Counted from the stretch's first letter, positions 1 to 14,552 are shown. The stretch is DNA of 64,000 nt from Octopus vulgaris (GCA_951406725.2 OX597814.1:44206001-44270000); one strand, 5' to 3'. Notes: a model not told the origin generated them from the sequence alone. Made by a program: numbers and translations.

Positions 1-837
1 TGTGACGTGCGAGATCTATAAAGAGCTAAGGGTCTGAAAGAAACTTAAGATTACTGGAGCAGAGGTCAAGAGAATTTGTAAACTCTCAGAAATATTAAAT
101 TCTTTCTGGGAACATAAAATCGGTTTAGTTGTCGACATTAAGATTAATGCTTCCGGATATAATATCCACTGTTAAATCTTCTACATAAGTTCAGATTCTT
201 ATAAATATTATCTAACTAATTTATATCATACTACAATTTGCTAGGTATTTCTATTTGTTTTATACTATATCTTATTGTTTACAATCAGCAAATATCTCTA
301 TTAATTGTACTGTATCATCTTTCTATGCATCATTTTTCATGTTTTCTGAGACATCGCTTTACAAAGTACATCACAGTGGCATAAATAACTGCAGAGATAT
401 ATACAAAAATATTGAGAGATTAGCAACGTAGCAATGGACGGTGCACGATGTTCCTGAAAGAAATCAAATAGCTGACCCTACAGCGAGAATCAAATCCAGG
501 GATCCATAATCCTCAGTGAGCTGTATACAGTCTTTTAAGCTTCCAGTTTGAGAATTATATTTTCAGTACTACTTTAGGCCACGATTACTTTAAATGATTA
601 TTGACACTATTTTATAGAAATTCCGATATGCGTTACCAATACAGGTGCTGTCTGAAATTTTAAAACCAAATACTACACCACTGTCAACATGTAATTTAGC
701 ATGCATTCACAGACACAGCGTAATATATACGCACATACATAAAACATAAGATTGCATGCACAAATATCGCAATACTTATGCATGAATATGTATGTGTGAG
801 TGTGAGTGTGTGTGTAGTTAAATGCGTATATATTATA

Positions 838-1545
838 TCAGGTCACCCCATAAGTTCGGTCCGAATTTCGAATAACGAAAAGAAGTGATCAAATGTTATA
901 TCTAATTGAAATTTAATCATCAATGTACTTTCCCTGATTATCTATGACTTCCTTCCATCTATTTACAAGCTTTTTAATCTCATCAATGAAAAAGTCTTTT
1001 GGTTTCAAAGCGAAGAACTCTAAAATGTCAGTTTCGACCTTCTCCTGGCTTGTGAAAGTTATATCCCCCAAATGATTCTGTAAACTACGAAACAAATGGT
1101 AGCCTGAAGGAGCCAGGTCGGAAGAATAAGGTAGATGAGGAATTTTTTTCTCGACCAAGCTCTTCGATCTTCTGTGACGTGATCTTTGCTGTGTGGGGTC
1201 GTGCATTGTCCTGCTGAAACATCACGCTTTTCGATTCACTAATGTGAGTCTTTTTTTCTTCAAAGCTTGGTTCAAACGCTCTAATTGCTGACAGTAAACT
1301 TGAGCATTGGTTTTTGCATTAGGTGGTAACAATTCAAAGTGAATTACTCTTTTGCAATCCCACCAGATAGAGAGGAGAACTTTTTCCCTATGAAGTTCTC
1401 TTCTCTGTTGTGGTTGAGCTTTTTCCCTTTTACCAAGCCACTGTTTACGGCGTTTAACATTTCGATAGAAGATACATTTTTCGTCACCAGTCACAAGTTT
1501 ATCCCAAAAAGGGTGAAATGAGTTCGCGAGAATGGAGAGAAGAGC
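838..1545 (-). mobile_element. Mariner (DD34D-type) transposon, 3' half, decayed
   Basis: Minus-strand motifs LVTGDEKC, VLLSIWWD, FQQDNARPH, YSSDLAPSGYHLF (third D changed to G) and RWKEVIDNQGKY across frameshifted ORFs 1222..1635 and 913..1206. TA plus a TIR-like end TCAGGTCACCCCATAAGTT at 836-856. Confidence 0.9.
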
Positions 1546-1990
1546 AGATGTCAACTCGGGATTTGTGGTTGCTTTCGGATAATTAATGATGCCTATATTT
1601 ATTCGGTCCATCAACATAAGGTATGGATTTCTCAATTACTTTTTGCATTTGTTCACATGTGGTATTTCGTTATCTTTCAAATTCCATACGTAGCTAGCCA
1701 ACTTAGTACCTTTGCTTTTATCTTTTTTTCGAAGGAGGCTATGGGATTGGTATAATGGTTTTTAAATTCACCTTCACTTTATCCAATATTGATCTTTTTA
1801 TCTGTTGCATTATTTAGGGTTGCAGTAACTGCTGCGTCATATATGATAGATTTAATCATACATCTTTGGTGAAGTGAGCAGGATCCAGGGTTGCGATAGT
1901 TACAACTGGTACTGACCACATATAATGATATTCTTCATATTAGGGCATCAGATAAATGATAATTTCACAGAAGGCCTATTGAATATTTTC
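1546..1990 (-). mobile_element. Penelope-like element, GIY-YIG endonuclease remnant
   Basis: Manual minus-strand translation CNYRNPGSCSLHQRCMIKSIIYDAAVT...NIG*SEGEFKNHY...KGTKLASYVWNLK...IINYPKATTNPELTS resembles the Cys-rich linker and GIY-YIG domain of Penelope-like elements. Confidence 0.65.
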
Positions 1991-2120
1991 CTCTACATAT
2001 GAGTTGCTGGAAAGTGTTTGTCTAGGAGAGATAGAAATCTTTTATCTATGCTAGTTTTTATATTAAGGGAACGTAGAGGGGCAAATCAAACAGTTTTCCT
2101 TGATCTATTTTAGGGCACTG

Positions 2121-2290
<170 letters not shown>

Positions 2291-2339
2291 AGGGTTATGC
2301 ATTGCTTTATCTTTGATACCAGTTAATTATGAAGTTATT

Positions 2340-3425
2340 TAACATATTCCCCTCTCGGATTCACACACCTAGTGCGTGTTTTCTAAGCCTTGTGAAAGAA
2401 CTCAGAAGTTTGGGTCTCCAACCAGGCCTTTGATGATACCTTTAAAGCCAGGAAGTTTGGCTATGTGTTTCACCATACCTGTGAGTTCTCATATCTTTGC
2501 TCACGGTGTTATCCTTCCGACGGATCTCATTATACAGCGTCTTAGCTACACCATGTCTCAACGGTAAATAAATCCGTGATGACATTGTCGGATACCTACT
2601 TATGGTGTGGGTGATGTATTCGGTGTAAACTCCGCAAAGTCTGCATCGGTTGTCACATTTTACTGCTTTTTCTACATCTCTATCCCTTTTGTGCATCAGG
2701 TATTTGCTTGATATTTCTTCTTCCTGGGTTGGAATTACATACCCTTCAATCTGGGTGGTAGTAATCCTGTTGTTGATCCATAATAGACTTCTTTGATGAT
2801 CAATGTTACTATCATCTCGGTGCTTTTACTAACATGTCTATGCATGGTCTTCTCATATGCGTTCATCCTTTCATCTGATGATATTTTGCGGGAGAATCGT
2901 GCGATTTCTTTGGGCATCTATTAAAGTTAACTAGCAAGGAATGCTATTCAAGAAGCTGTCTTCCAGATCTTACGATATTATCAGCCCCACGGATCCTAAC
3001 TTAGTCAAGGGATGCACTTTGACACTTCGTGGTTAGGAAATGTTGTCGAAGGGATATGATACGACATTCAAGGGTATTTTGGATTAATGTTTAGCCCTCA
3101 CCACCTTGCTTTTGTTTCAGGTGGAGGTGGTGTACGTCACTGTTAATGTGGAAATTATACATGCCTGTTAGTATCTTTTGGGTTTTCACACGAACGGCTC
3201 GTATCACGTCAAACGTCCAGTCACGCAGCCCAAATGTTGGTATGAATACTGACACTGCAAACACATTGTGGGCTTCTGTTTTATTGAACGCAGTGAGTTC
3301 CACGGTTCAATTTTTCTTTACTCGGTTGTAACATGTACTACTGTAAGATACATTTCCATCCACTCCCAGATACTGGTAACATTCCACATCAGATACAAGG
3401 GAAAGAGTTAAGGCATTGATGGAAA
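2340..3425 (-). mobile_element. R4/Dong-like RLE LINE, decayed 3' fragment
   Basis: YQYLGV, ELTAFNKTEAHNVFAV, zinc knuckle CRLCGVYTEYITHTI and RHGVAKTLY in broken minus-strand ORFs. Confidence 0.75.
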
Positions 3426-3427
3426 TG

Positions 3428-3428
<1 letters not shown>

Positions 3429-3458
<30 letters not shown>

Positions 3459-3521
3459 CATACATACATACATACATACATACATACATACATACATACA
3501 TACACACTTGTATGTATTATG

Positions 3522-3550
<29 letters not shown>
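3429..3550. repeat. (TACA)n / (TATG)n microsatellites
   Basis: Seen directly. Confidence 0.97.
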
Positions 3551-3552
<2 letters not shown>

Positions 3553-4169
3553 CTTGATTTTGAGTTCTGCCATTGCTTGATTGTTCTCTTAAACATAAGC
3601 ATATATATATATAATATTCAACATTATAATTAATATATATGTAGAAGTTATTTGCAACCATTAATGAAAGAAGAGCTATAAAACGTGCCTTGAGCCGCGT
3701 ATCTATTGCATTCCCATCAAATGCTTTATAATTTACACTCAGGATCATTTGTGATGTTCTGTCAAAACATCAGCCATATATATCTTTGTTGATGTACATT
3801 GTTCTACCTCGCCTCATATCATATGAAAAATAGATAAGTTTCTCATTACTTTCTCCGAAATGAAAGTGATAGACACGAGCTGCAAAATTACTGCAGGACA
3901 TCTTCTCTATGCAACAAGAAAATGTTAGCTACCTTTCCAAAGATATACCGATACATACATGCATATTCAATTATACATACAGATACAGAATGAAAATGTG
4001 AGGAAGCGTGTGTTGAAATTACGAAATTAAGATTATTTTCTAGATGCATTTGTTTACCATGAATTATGAATTTTATTTTCCAGCTTCAAGTTGAGATGTA
4101 ATTCGTATATTCTTATATTTCATGTTCAAGTTTCAATTTTGTTTTAAAAATGTAACAAATGTTAGAATT

Positions 4170-4197
4170 TCTATTATCATCATCATCATCATCATCA

Positions 4198-4243
<46 letters not shown>

Positions 4244-4252
4244 TACTATTAT

Positions 4253-4336
<84 letters not shown>
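4170..4336. repeat. Compound (CAT)(TAT)(TAC)(TAT) microsatellite
   Basis: Seen directly. Confidence 0.97.
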
Positions 4337-4507
4337 GTTTTTTCCTTCTTTCTTCAAATTTTCTTCCGTTTCTCGCCGAGTGTTTTCCATACACCAGGGC
4401 AGAGAAGCTCATTGTATGCATTCCCAGATTACACACGCAAATTCACGGATAAAATATGTATTTAAAAATTAATAAATAAATAAAAAAATAAATTCATGGA
4501 TGGATGT

Positions 4508-5185
4508 TTTTTTCACAGCGATAATGCTCTTCTCAGTGCATGAGCCGTTCCAGTTTATACGATTTTTTGCACTTCTTGTAGGGATGGTAAGCCTGGAATC
4601 ATTTTCAAATAGGTTTCAGTACCTTTTTTTATCATTACTAGAAATCCTACAATTACTGGTACTGTAGTCGCCTTGAGATGCCACATTTTTTCAATTTCTA
4701 TATATTTACTAATCTTGTCAAATTCTTTCGCCGCTATATTGTGATCGCAAGGGATACTCATATCAATTAATAAACACTTCTCTTTTGTCTGATATTTTAT
4801 AATAATATCCGGTTTATTAGCTTTTATAGTCTTGTCGGTCTGTACGGGGAAGTCCTATAGAATCGACACATTTTCTCCTTCAGTCACAGCTTCAGGATGG
4901 TGTTTATACCATTTGTCAGCGGTTTTGATTTTATAATACCGACATATTGTCCAATGTAAATACTGGCCGACTCTGTCATGTCTTGCTTTATATTCTGCAG
5001 GTGCTAAGACTCTACACCCTGAGATTAGGTGGTCTATTGTTTCAATCTCATCGTTACAGAATCGGCATTTTGGGCCAGCTCTATTTTTTATCACATTGGC
5101 TTGGTAGTTCCGGGTTAATAAGCTTTGGTCTTGAGCAGCTAATATGAAACCTTCACTCTCTGCTTTTAGACCTGAGCTTCGTAAC
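4508..5185 (-). mobile_element. R4/Dong-like RLE LINE, 3' fragment (CCHC + restriction-like endonuclease)
   Basis: CRFCNDEIETIDHLISGC, YKARHDRVGQYLHW, NKPDII and KATTVPVIVG in ORFs 4855..5094 and 4555..4761. Confidence 0.88.
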
Positions 5186-5204
5186 TATTGGTGCGTGGTG
5201 CGTG

Positions 5205-5244
<40 letters not shown>

Positions 5245-5246
<2 letters not shown>

Positions 5247-6935
5247 GGGATCGTGACAGACATGATCATCTCCATCCTTGGGTTGGTGAACTTGTACTCT
5301 TCCAACATTCCAGGTTCAGTTATGACTTCTGCACCTCCAGCGAATCCGCCGTGGTGGTACAGATTCCAGCCGCCGAAGCATAGCTCCCGGCATGGCACGT
5401 TCCTGTTCACAATTCACCAATAAGGATGGAGAAGAGATGCCTATCGCATGGAATATTTCGGAAAAGATGGACGACTGTAGCAAGAGTGTTGAGAGTAAAT
5501 GAACCTGTTTGAGCGAGAAATCCAAGAGTCTACCAAAGTAGTTAGTGTCGGAATGTGGTCTGTGGGGTCGGCCAAGTGCCGCATTTAATAATTGTTTTGT
5601 TCATTCATTTTAATTTTTCTTCCGAATTTTATACTTATTTGTCAACGATTATATGTTCCATTTCTTCCCCGACACTTTGCCCACTCTATTTCTTGACCAT
5701 TATGATTAATAAAGAAAAAATGGGTTTCAAATCGTCATACTATCCCTCTTCTTTTTGGAGCTTTTCGGGGGTGTATTTACTGTTTCCTTTCTCTTTCTTT
5801 TCGGTATTTCGTTAAATCCCTCCTCCTCTGTGTCTTCCAGACCCTCCTTCTGGGCTGGGCTTCTCATTTCGGTACTCCGACTTTGTTCATGCTCGTTTTC
5901 TCTGATTTCATTGCTTATCTGTGAGCACTATATTTTAATGTGCCCCTTTTCTCCGCAGTGGTAGCAGATTGCTGGTCTCCCTTCTACCACCACTGTCAGC
6001 TTTATGTATTCAGGCAGCAACACCTTCTGTTATTTCATTCAAGCTTTGCTGGGTGGCCTGGATACCAATTTTCAGGCTAAAACCCCACGAATTCATTTTT
6101 TTCTGTTCTTACCACTTGTAATATCTTTGAGTCCCCGTGGGTTCCATTCATCACGGCTGCTACCAGCCACGCTTCTTCAAATTCAGGTGGTACCCTGCCT
6201 ATCCTAGTTCTTGTGACTCTTTTGCCGCAGTAGGTTGGCAGGGGAACACATTCCTCTGATCTCAGTGGTGTAGTGGACTGATTTATTGCCTCTTCTTCGG
6301 TAGCAAACCTCAATTCCATTTGTCCAAGTATTGCTTCCTCGTTCCTCATTGTGGTTGCTGAATGTTTCTTTGTCATTATTTCATCTTTGAACCGAACCTC
6401 CAGCTCTCCATACTTCGAGCCTCTGGCAATATGCACTATTTTTTGCCAGATTGGCCCCAGTGTCTTCTTTGTTTGTACAATAGTCATGTTGTCTATTTTC
6501 CCACCGTCACCGAATGTTTTATACATTATTGTCCTTTCCCTTATATTGTTAACTGTTTCTTTTGTGGGGAGGGGGAATTCAACGTTGAAACCCTCATGGC
6601 TTAATAAATTTATATATTTACCGATTTCTTCAATTTCTATTCCTACTTCTGAACTTCTTGCGACATCTGCAAAATGTTTTTCCTTATCTCCAACTGCCTA
6701 TACATCTCTTCGACTGTTTGCACTAACTCCTCCTCCGACGTAGAAAATTCAGACCCACAAAGGTCTGAATAAAAGGAACCTCCCCTGCAGCCATCGCTAG
6801 CTCTCCTCAGACGATGAGAGAAAGCACGAACAAATTGCTGTAAAGCAGCACACACCGTTCAAAAATGTGCTCAAACGAACACAAATTTCCAAGACTTCAG
6901 CACAAAAAATCAAACACAGAAATCAAACACGCCTT
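5245..6935 (-). mobile_element. L1/Tx1-type ORF1 (gag-like) element, decayed; no ORF2 seen
   Basis: FADVARSS; ORF 6077..6526 (PTYCGKRVTRTRIGRVPP); then LTVVVEGRPAICYHCGEKGHIKI*C zinc knuckle at ~5930-6000. Ends at an (AAT)n tract on the minus strand. Confidence 0.7.
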
Positions 6936-8327
6936 TACCTTATGAAAATACCATTGAAAATAACCGTTAGAAACCATAAATATACCAAGAGCAAATGTGA
7001 TTTTTTATAACCCACAAGGGGCCAAAGAAGAGGGACAATACAATACATGTGGGGACATAGAACAAATGAAAAAATAAAAACGCTTAGTGCAATGATAATT
7101 GAAAATGAAAATGACGCTACTTACCCCACCAAGCAACATCACTTACTTCCTTTTTCCTCTATATTATATCAAATCCGTACCCTTTTTGAGTTCCCCATAT
7201 TCTATATTGTCTGGTAATCCTTTCTTATCATACTCCACTTTCCAAACCTCGTACCCTCCTTTATATGTTTCAATTTCATTTGTATATGAAAAATGTATTG
7301 TCCAATTAGACAACTAGATAAATACACACAGATGCACACATATTCAAACACAGGAACACAGTGGCACATACAGATACATACAGGCATACAGACACACAGA
7401 CACACGGGTACGAGCACGCACTCACACGCACATAAACAGACATACATATATGCATGTATATCTATTTGTATTAATATATGCATTTGTGTGAGCGCGCGTA
7501 TGTGCGCACATGTGTGCGTGTTTGTGTGTATGTATGTGCGTGCGTGTGCATGTGTGTGTCTGTATACAAACATGCATGCATAAATAGATATGGAGATAAA
7601 TAAACAAGCACATTCATAAACAAAAACACCGAATGCTTGGTGGAAAGTATATTATGAATGAAATGATAGTATACATTTTCTTTTTGTTTTGATTTTGTTC
7701 ATTATATGTAATACTTCCCATATATTTACTCTTGCAAACATTTTAAGATGGAACGCTTTCATTTAAAATATATATTCCTGTATTGCTAGGCCTTTGTAAA
7801 ATCATTTAAAGACACTAAAAATTGTTAGTCTTTATTGACATCTTGAAGAAATAAACGAAGGACAACTCTGACCAAGAAATATTTGTAATTTCACTATTCC
7901 AATCACACATTCTTGTTTTGTGGTATCATATCATAGTAGATAAATCCCTTTTTAATGACTATCGAATTACAACTAAAGATGAATGAGAAAAAATGTCAGA
8001 AATGTTTTGTATGTGTACATGAGGTTTTCAGTTATTATTTGAGGTAAGGTAATGATGATCCGTATATTGATCAATATTTAAATATAATAGTCAATTTGAT
8101 TCTGTAGATTCGTTGTGTAGGAAAATCTGATAGGAAAGGGAATTGAAAGAACCATATTTCATTTGTGTTTTGGTTCAAAGACATGCAGACATGTGGTGCG
8201 CCAATTCGATGATTCAAAGAGGATATGAGTATATCTATTCAAATCGAGCTTTTTGAGTGTGATAATGAATAACTTGGCAGAGAGCTGATTTATATGACCG
8301 AACGTCTTCTCGATGTTGCTGACGATA

Positions 8328-9314
8328 CGAGGGACGTTCAATAAGTAATGCCCCTGACCCACTTGCAGATCTGGTCGTCCCACTTCTGCCATTGATGAGG
8401 CATCTGTCCGTCAAGCTGAGGCTGCCATTTTGGAAGATCGACGCATAACTATTCGCCAAATAGCCCATGAGGTCAAGATTAGTACCGGGTCTGTGGAAAC
8501 TATCATTCATGACCATTTGCATATGCAAAAGGTGTCTGCCAGATGGATTCCCAGGCTGCTCACACCTTTCCAGAAGCAAAAACGCGTCGAATGCTCGAGG
8601 ATGAATTTGGAGATGTGCCAAGAAGATGAATAAAAAGTTTTCAAAAGACTGATTACACAGGATAAAACCTGGGTCCATCACTATGATCCAGAGACCAAAG
8701 TCCAGTCAATGCAGTGGAAGCACCGTGACTCACCTCCTCCAAAGAAGGCAAAGGTGCAACCCTCCGCTGGCAAGGTCATGCTCACAGTCTTCTGGGACCA
8801 GGATGGAGTAGTGATGACAGATTTCCTGGCAAAAGGTACCACAATTACAGGAGCCTATTATGCTTCACTTTTGAGGAAATTAAGAGAAGCTATCGAAATC
8901 AAGAGGCAGGGCAAGATCAGCAAAAGCATCCTCCTCCTGCAGGACAACGCTCCAGTCCACAACTCGCGTGTCGCCAGATCAGAAGCACAGGCGTGTGGCT
9001 ATGAACTCCTCCCCCATCCCCCTACACTCCTGACCTTGCTCCCTCTGATTTTCACCTCTTCCCAGCCATGAATTTGCTTTTGAAAGGAAAGCGTTTCCCA
9101 GATGATGCAGCCTTGATTTCTGAAGTCACGTCGTGGTTGGAGGACCAGGCTGGGGTCTTCTACAAAAGCGGTCTCCAGAGCTGCGTCAAACGATGAGAGA
9201 AATGCGTAACTCTGGGTGGTTCCTATGTAGAAAAAGACTAATAACTGTGCCAAGTTTCGTTACTCTACTGCGATGGGAAGTGGGTCAGGGGCATTACTTA
9301 TTGAACGCCCCTCG
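8328..9314 (+). mobile_element. Mariner transposon with both TIRs, internally deleted, pseudogenised transposase
   Basis: 36-bp TIRs CGAGGG(A/G)CGTTCAATAAGTAATGCCCCTGACCCACTT at both ends with TA flanks (8326-27, 9315-16). Motifs RSGRP, SARWIPRLLT, ITQDKTWVH, LQDNAPVH, PDLAPSDFHLF. Stop at ~8631, frameshift at ~9025, stop at ~9194. Confidence 0.96.
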
Positions 9315-10049
9315 TATATGCATGTGTAACCACACAGTCTGTATTACATTGATTTTCGAAGATCGGGAATTCATGAAAGTTGCGGATGCTTATGAAAGTC
9401 TAAATTACAAGTCTGTAGATTAAGGTTGACCATAGTACAAATTAATTTGTTAATTTTTTATTTTTAGTGAAGTCTTTCTCCAACTAAGTTTCAACCAAAC
9501 TATGTATCATTCAGCCCATAACCAGAGGTGCGCCAGCATGACCATATGTGTTTTTGTTTCAGACATATTTTATTTAGCACAACATTAATAGTATATCAAG
9601 ATTTTCTATTGCTGATTTTCAAAATAATTAAGCCGTTGGTTCTTGCAGTGGGAACGGATTGGAAGATGCTCTATCAATGTCTCACTAACAGAAAAGTTTT
9701 CGAACAATTGAGTGCTCGATATATTTGTTGATAACAATCATTGGGATATAGTTGAGGAGGGTTCTGTAAATCAGTAGGGACTTTTGGAGAAGTATGTTGA
9801 AGGCCCAACATAAGATAACAGGTTGACGACCATATGTTTCTCAAGAGCAATTTTTCTATAATCATGCATGTGTTTTAGATTCAATTGCTCAATAGTATAA
9901 ATTTCCCTAGCATCTTTGATCAATACACTAGTAGAACTGAAGTTGTTTGACTGATGTGGAGATAGCAAAAATAACGATATCTGGCATCGGATTATATCTC
10001 AGAATAGTCAAATGTAGAAGTACAGTAATTCGAAAGAATTATCTAAACA

Positions 10050-10750
10050 AATGACACGTGGGAACCATTGCGTAGGTGTATATTATTATGGTCACGTTAA
10101 TTTTGCGTTTGGAGGAGATTGAGTACAGGTGTTCATGAATGTGTATGCGCATTTGTGCCGTGAGAAAGGAGATATGTGTGAAAGTCTACGTGGTTATGAG
10201 AAAACGGGCGATAAAAGAGGTGTGAAACGAAAGAGAACAAAATGAAATATAATATTTTGTGAACATTTCATTTATACGTGGATACATAACGATAGAAAAC
10301 CCGAGAGATTGTGTAGGCTGGGATATAGAAATACTTCGAAGACTGAATGAACTGTAGAGAGAGAGAGAGAGTATTATGAAGCGAAATATAAGGAGAAAGA
10401 GTGAGTATGTCTATAATTAGTGCAAAAAACTAAAATTCAAAGAGAATGCATAAGAAATGGAAATCGAATAGTTTGTAGAAGTAGGAAGAAAATGAATATT
10501 TAATAGAATGATGGGCTTCGGAGAGAACAAAGGATAAACATTCTCAGAAGGAGGAATAATATCTTGCTTTTTATACGTCTGTCATTGAAAGAGAGAAAAC
10601 CAGACCGAATGGAATATAGGCAAAGAAGAAATACAAACGTATCTCACGTGGATAGTTCGAACTAGAAAGGAAAAAAAAATGATAAAAGGTTATAAAAAGT
10701 TAGAATGACTAAGTAGAAGAGTTACGTAAATAGTTCGTAGTAGAAAATAG
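10050..10750 (+). mobile_element. Possible very old RTE-like LINE remnant
   Basis: Purine-rich stretch with only faint similarity to the RT C-terminal region. Confidence 0.25.
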
Positions 10751-11519
10751 TCATTTTTGAGAGTTTTTTTTTTTTTTAATTTAATCTCAGTATTTTACAT
10801 TAATTCAATGAAACTGTAATTGCTGTCAGAAGACAGTGAAGGTGAGGAACCGTTTTTGTGATCATCAGTGAATGAATACTGAATATTTTAGTGGTAAATT
10901 AGTGAAAAAGAACTCATTAACTCTTCACAAAGGTCATCTACACACACACACATATATGTATACATATGTATATGTGTATGTATGTATATATACACTCGCA
11001 GAAATATATATATGTATATTCATGTATGTGTATTCACAGCACACACACTCAAATACACGTAATCTTGTGTATGTGTGTGTTTGTGTGTATACACTTGATC
11101 TTTGAGGCATATATTGAAAACATGCCTATGTTGTATACTTATTTATTCTTACGAGAAAACCCGTATATTATCATATGTACAATGTATTCCTTACACATTG
11201 TTTGTAGATTCACCATTCACTTTTCTCGACATTCATAGACGAAGTTATATCGGAGGGTGTTGAGGCATCCTTGTAGTAGGCAGAGCCGACGTGTTAAGTG
11301 TGGACTTTACTGCAGAGATTTTAATAATAGAAAATTAATTTTATAAATCATTACGTATATATTTACTTTTGCTGGTTACTTGTATAGATTTTCGGGCTCT
11401 TAATTTAAAATTGCAACTTATGATGAGTACTTCTTTTATCAGTGTTTTCCATTTTTATTTTGCTTTCCTGTGTAGAGTGCTAGGCAGTGTTTGTGTTTTT
11501 TTGTGCAAAATATTACATG

Positions 11520-11693
11520 ACCATTACAATGAAGCGGTGGTGTAATTAAATAATGCATAGGCACTTATTATTTTTTCAGTTCTAATACAATCTATATAAA
11601 TCAAATCTCCGGTGCGCCCACCGGCGGTGCTCTAGCATGGCCATAGCCTTAGCGTAGAATCGTATAAAATAAAAGAAAGCTAACGGACTGGTT
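11520..11693 (+). repeat. Copy 1 of a ~175-bp dispersed repeat (copy 2 at 23716-23886)
   Basis: Shared blocks GGTGTAATTAAATAATGCA, ACAATCTATATAAAT, GCGCCCAC and AGCATGGCCATAGCCTTAGCGTA.AATCGTATAAAATAA. Confidence 0.85.
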
Positions 11694-11962
11694 TTTTAAA
11701 GGAGTTTTTTAAAGACGTAAGTGTCTGATTTTAGCCCTTTCAAACGAGTCCAGCTTACTCTCTCTTTCGCTACAGCCACCAAACAAATAAAAAATTGCCT
11801 GCCCCTCTCCAGACCAAAGGAGGGCAGCGGGACAATCTTCCTTATGGATTCAGCTGATGGCCGGATCCATTCTACACGAGGCAGCGAGGCACTGGATGAG
11901 GGCGTGCAGAACGGTTTCGTAGTACTGCGCCCATGTTGGGCAGGTATCAACACCACCACCAC

Positions 11963-13090
<1,128 letters not shown>

Positions 13091-13091
13091 C

Positions 13092-13150
<59 letters not shown>

Positions 13151-13833
13151 GAGGCGGTGAGCTGGCAGATTCGTTAGCACTCTAGACAAACATGACTTGA
13201 TGCATATTTCTACAATCTCTTAAACATTTTGCGTTTAAGCGCAAGCCAACCATCTAAAAGTATGACAACATAGAGGAAATGGACAAATAAAGTTGCAGCC
13301 CTGATTGGGAAAGACTAGATGCAAATCGGAAGGTGAAAGATAAATGATTGCGTTTCCGAAATAGCAGAAGAAGGCTATAAACGTGTGGTGATTGGCGCCG
13401 TCGATTCATTCGCCTCCATTACCCGACAGCTACTTCCTTTCATAGACGCTAGAAAGATTAGAGTCAAGCTGATGTTTGTCAGACTTAGAGAACCTGGACA
13501 TAGTTATATTGATAATATATTTTAGCTATTTTTCTCTGGCACCCTATATAACAGTTAATAGAATACCACAACGCGTCACCAGACATATATGATGGAATAT
13601 GTAATTAATGCAAAGAAATCAAAGCGCATTTTGAGAATTATTTATTATGTATTTGCCCGAGTGATCTTCTAATCCTGATTGTTTTCTTTCATAACGTTTC
13701 CTTTTGTACGTTAATGTCTTCTCCAGGTGCCTTGTGAGTCACCTCAGTGCCTAAACTGGGATTGAAATCAAAACTACAAAGTGACTGCACTGCATTGACT
13801 AACGCCTTTATCCACCGTGCCATCTCCGTTGAT

Positions 13834-14076
13834 CAGTGGTTCTCAACCATTTTTTGCCTACGGACACCTTTGATTCCTATTTTACTCACTGGTGGGGATT
13901 CTTATAGTCATTCAATATCTAAAATCTCCAATTATATTTTTATGAGTAAACATTATTAGGAATTATATTAAAAACTGTAAAAATATTTTGTGTATTGTAG
14001 AACTATAACTGATTTATTGCGTTTAAATTTTAACAAAATCTTATATGGACACCGCAAGGGCCGTTGAGGACCACTG
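13834..14076 (+). mobile_element. hAT (Charlie-type) MITE
   Basis: TIRs CAGTGGTTCTCAAC and GTTGAGGACCACTG. The 8-bp flanks CCGTTGAT and ACGTAGAT match at 6 of 8 positions. Confidence 0.85.
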
Positions 14077-14157
14077 ACGTAGATAGTCTCAGAGTGCATT
14101 TTTAAGGCCTATAGATCTCCATTGATACTTTGTGTCGGTTCCGTACCGACTGGATAA

Positions 14158-14352
14158 TACAACTCTATATTTATTAGATGAGGTATTTGAATGTGATGTG
14201 TAAGTCGAAGTGATGTCCCCATCTTGGTTGTTGCTTTCACTACGTGGAGTGTACTTAGCCGAAACCTAGTGAAAGCAGCAGCCAATGAGGACACCACTTC
14301 TACTAATACGTAATGTAAAAGAAAATTCCTCATTCAGAAATACATAATTGTA
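14158..14352. repeat. Imperfect fold-back inverted repeat of a Penelope-like terminal-repeat segment
   Basis: The arm GAAGTGATGTCCCCATCTTGGTTGTTGCTTTCACTACGT pairs with ACCTAGTGAAAGCAGCAGCCAATGAGGACACCACTTC. Loop and arms resemble 18368-18487. Confidence 0.65.
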
Positions 14353-14365
14353 TTGTGAAATAGTG

Positions 14366-14552
14366 ATTTCAAATTTTGGCACAAGATCAGCAATTTCGTG
14401 GGATGAGTAAGTTGATTACTTCGATTCCAGTACTCAACTGGTACTTATTTTATCGACAATGAACTGATGACAGGCGAAGCCGACTCGCTGGAATTTGAAC
14501 GTGTGATGCTAAGCATTTCGCCCGGCGTGCTAACAATGCTGCCAGCCCACCG
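14366..14552 (-). mobile_element. tRNA-derived SINE (family A)
   Basis: Reverse complement of the head seen at 42087 (GGCGGTG.GCTGGCAG...GTTAGCACGCCGGGCGAAATGCTTAGC...GTTCAAATTCC). Confidence 0.8.

Noticed and set aside
1222-1635. 137-aa ORF as a novel fusion protein
   Set aside because: It is a chance read-through from a Penelope remnant into a mariner remnant at ~1545, and both parts are disrupted.
13727-13733. 7-nt micro-exon (TTCTCCAG|GTGCCTT|GTGAGT)
   Set aside because: Splice-like motifs alone, frame-shifting length and no supporting gene context.
14224-14286. Canonical pre-miRNA
   Set aside because: The stem extends much further, mismatches favour neither strand consistently, and the sequence resembles the repeat at 18369-18487. 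A TE fold-back is more parsimonious, so it is kept only as a finding.
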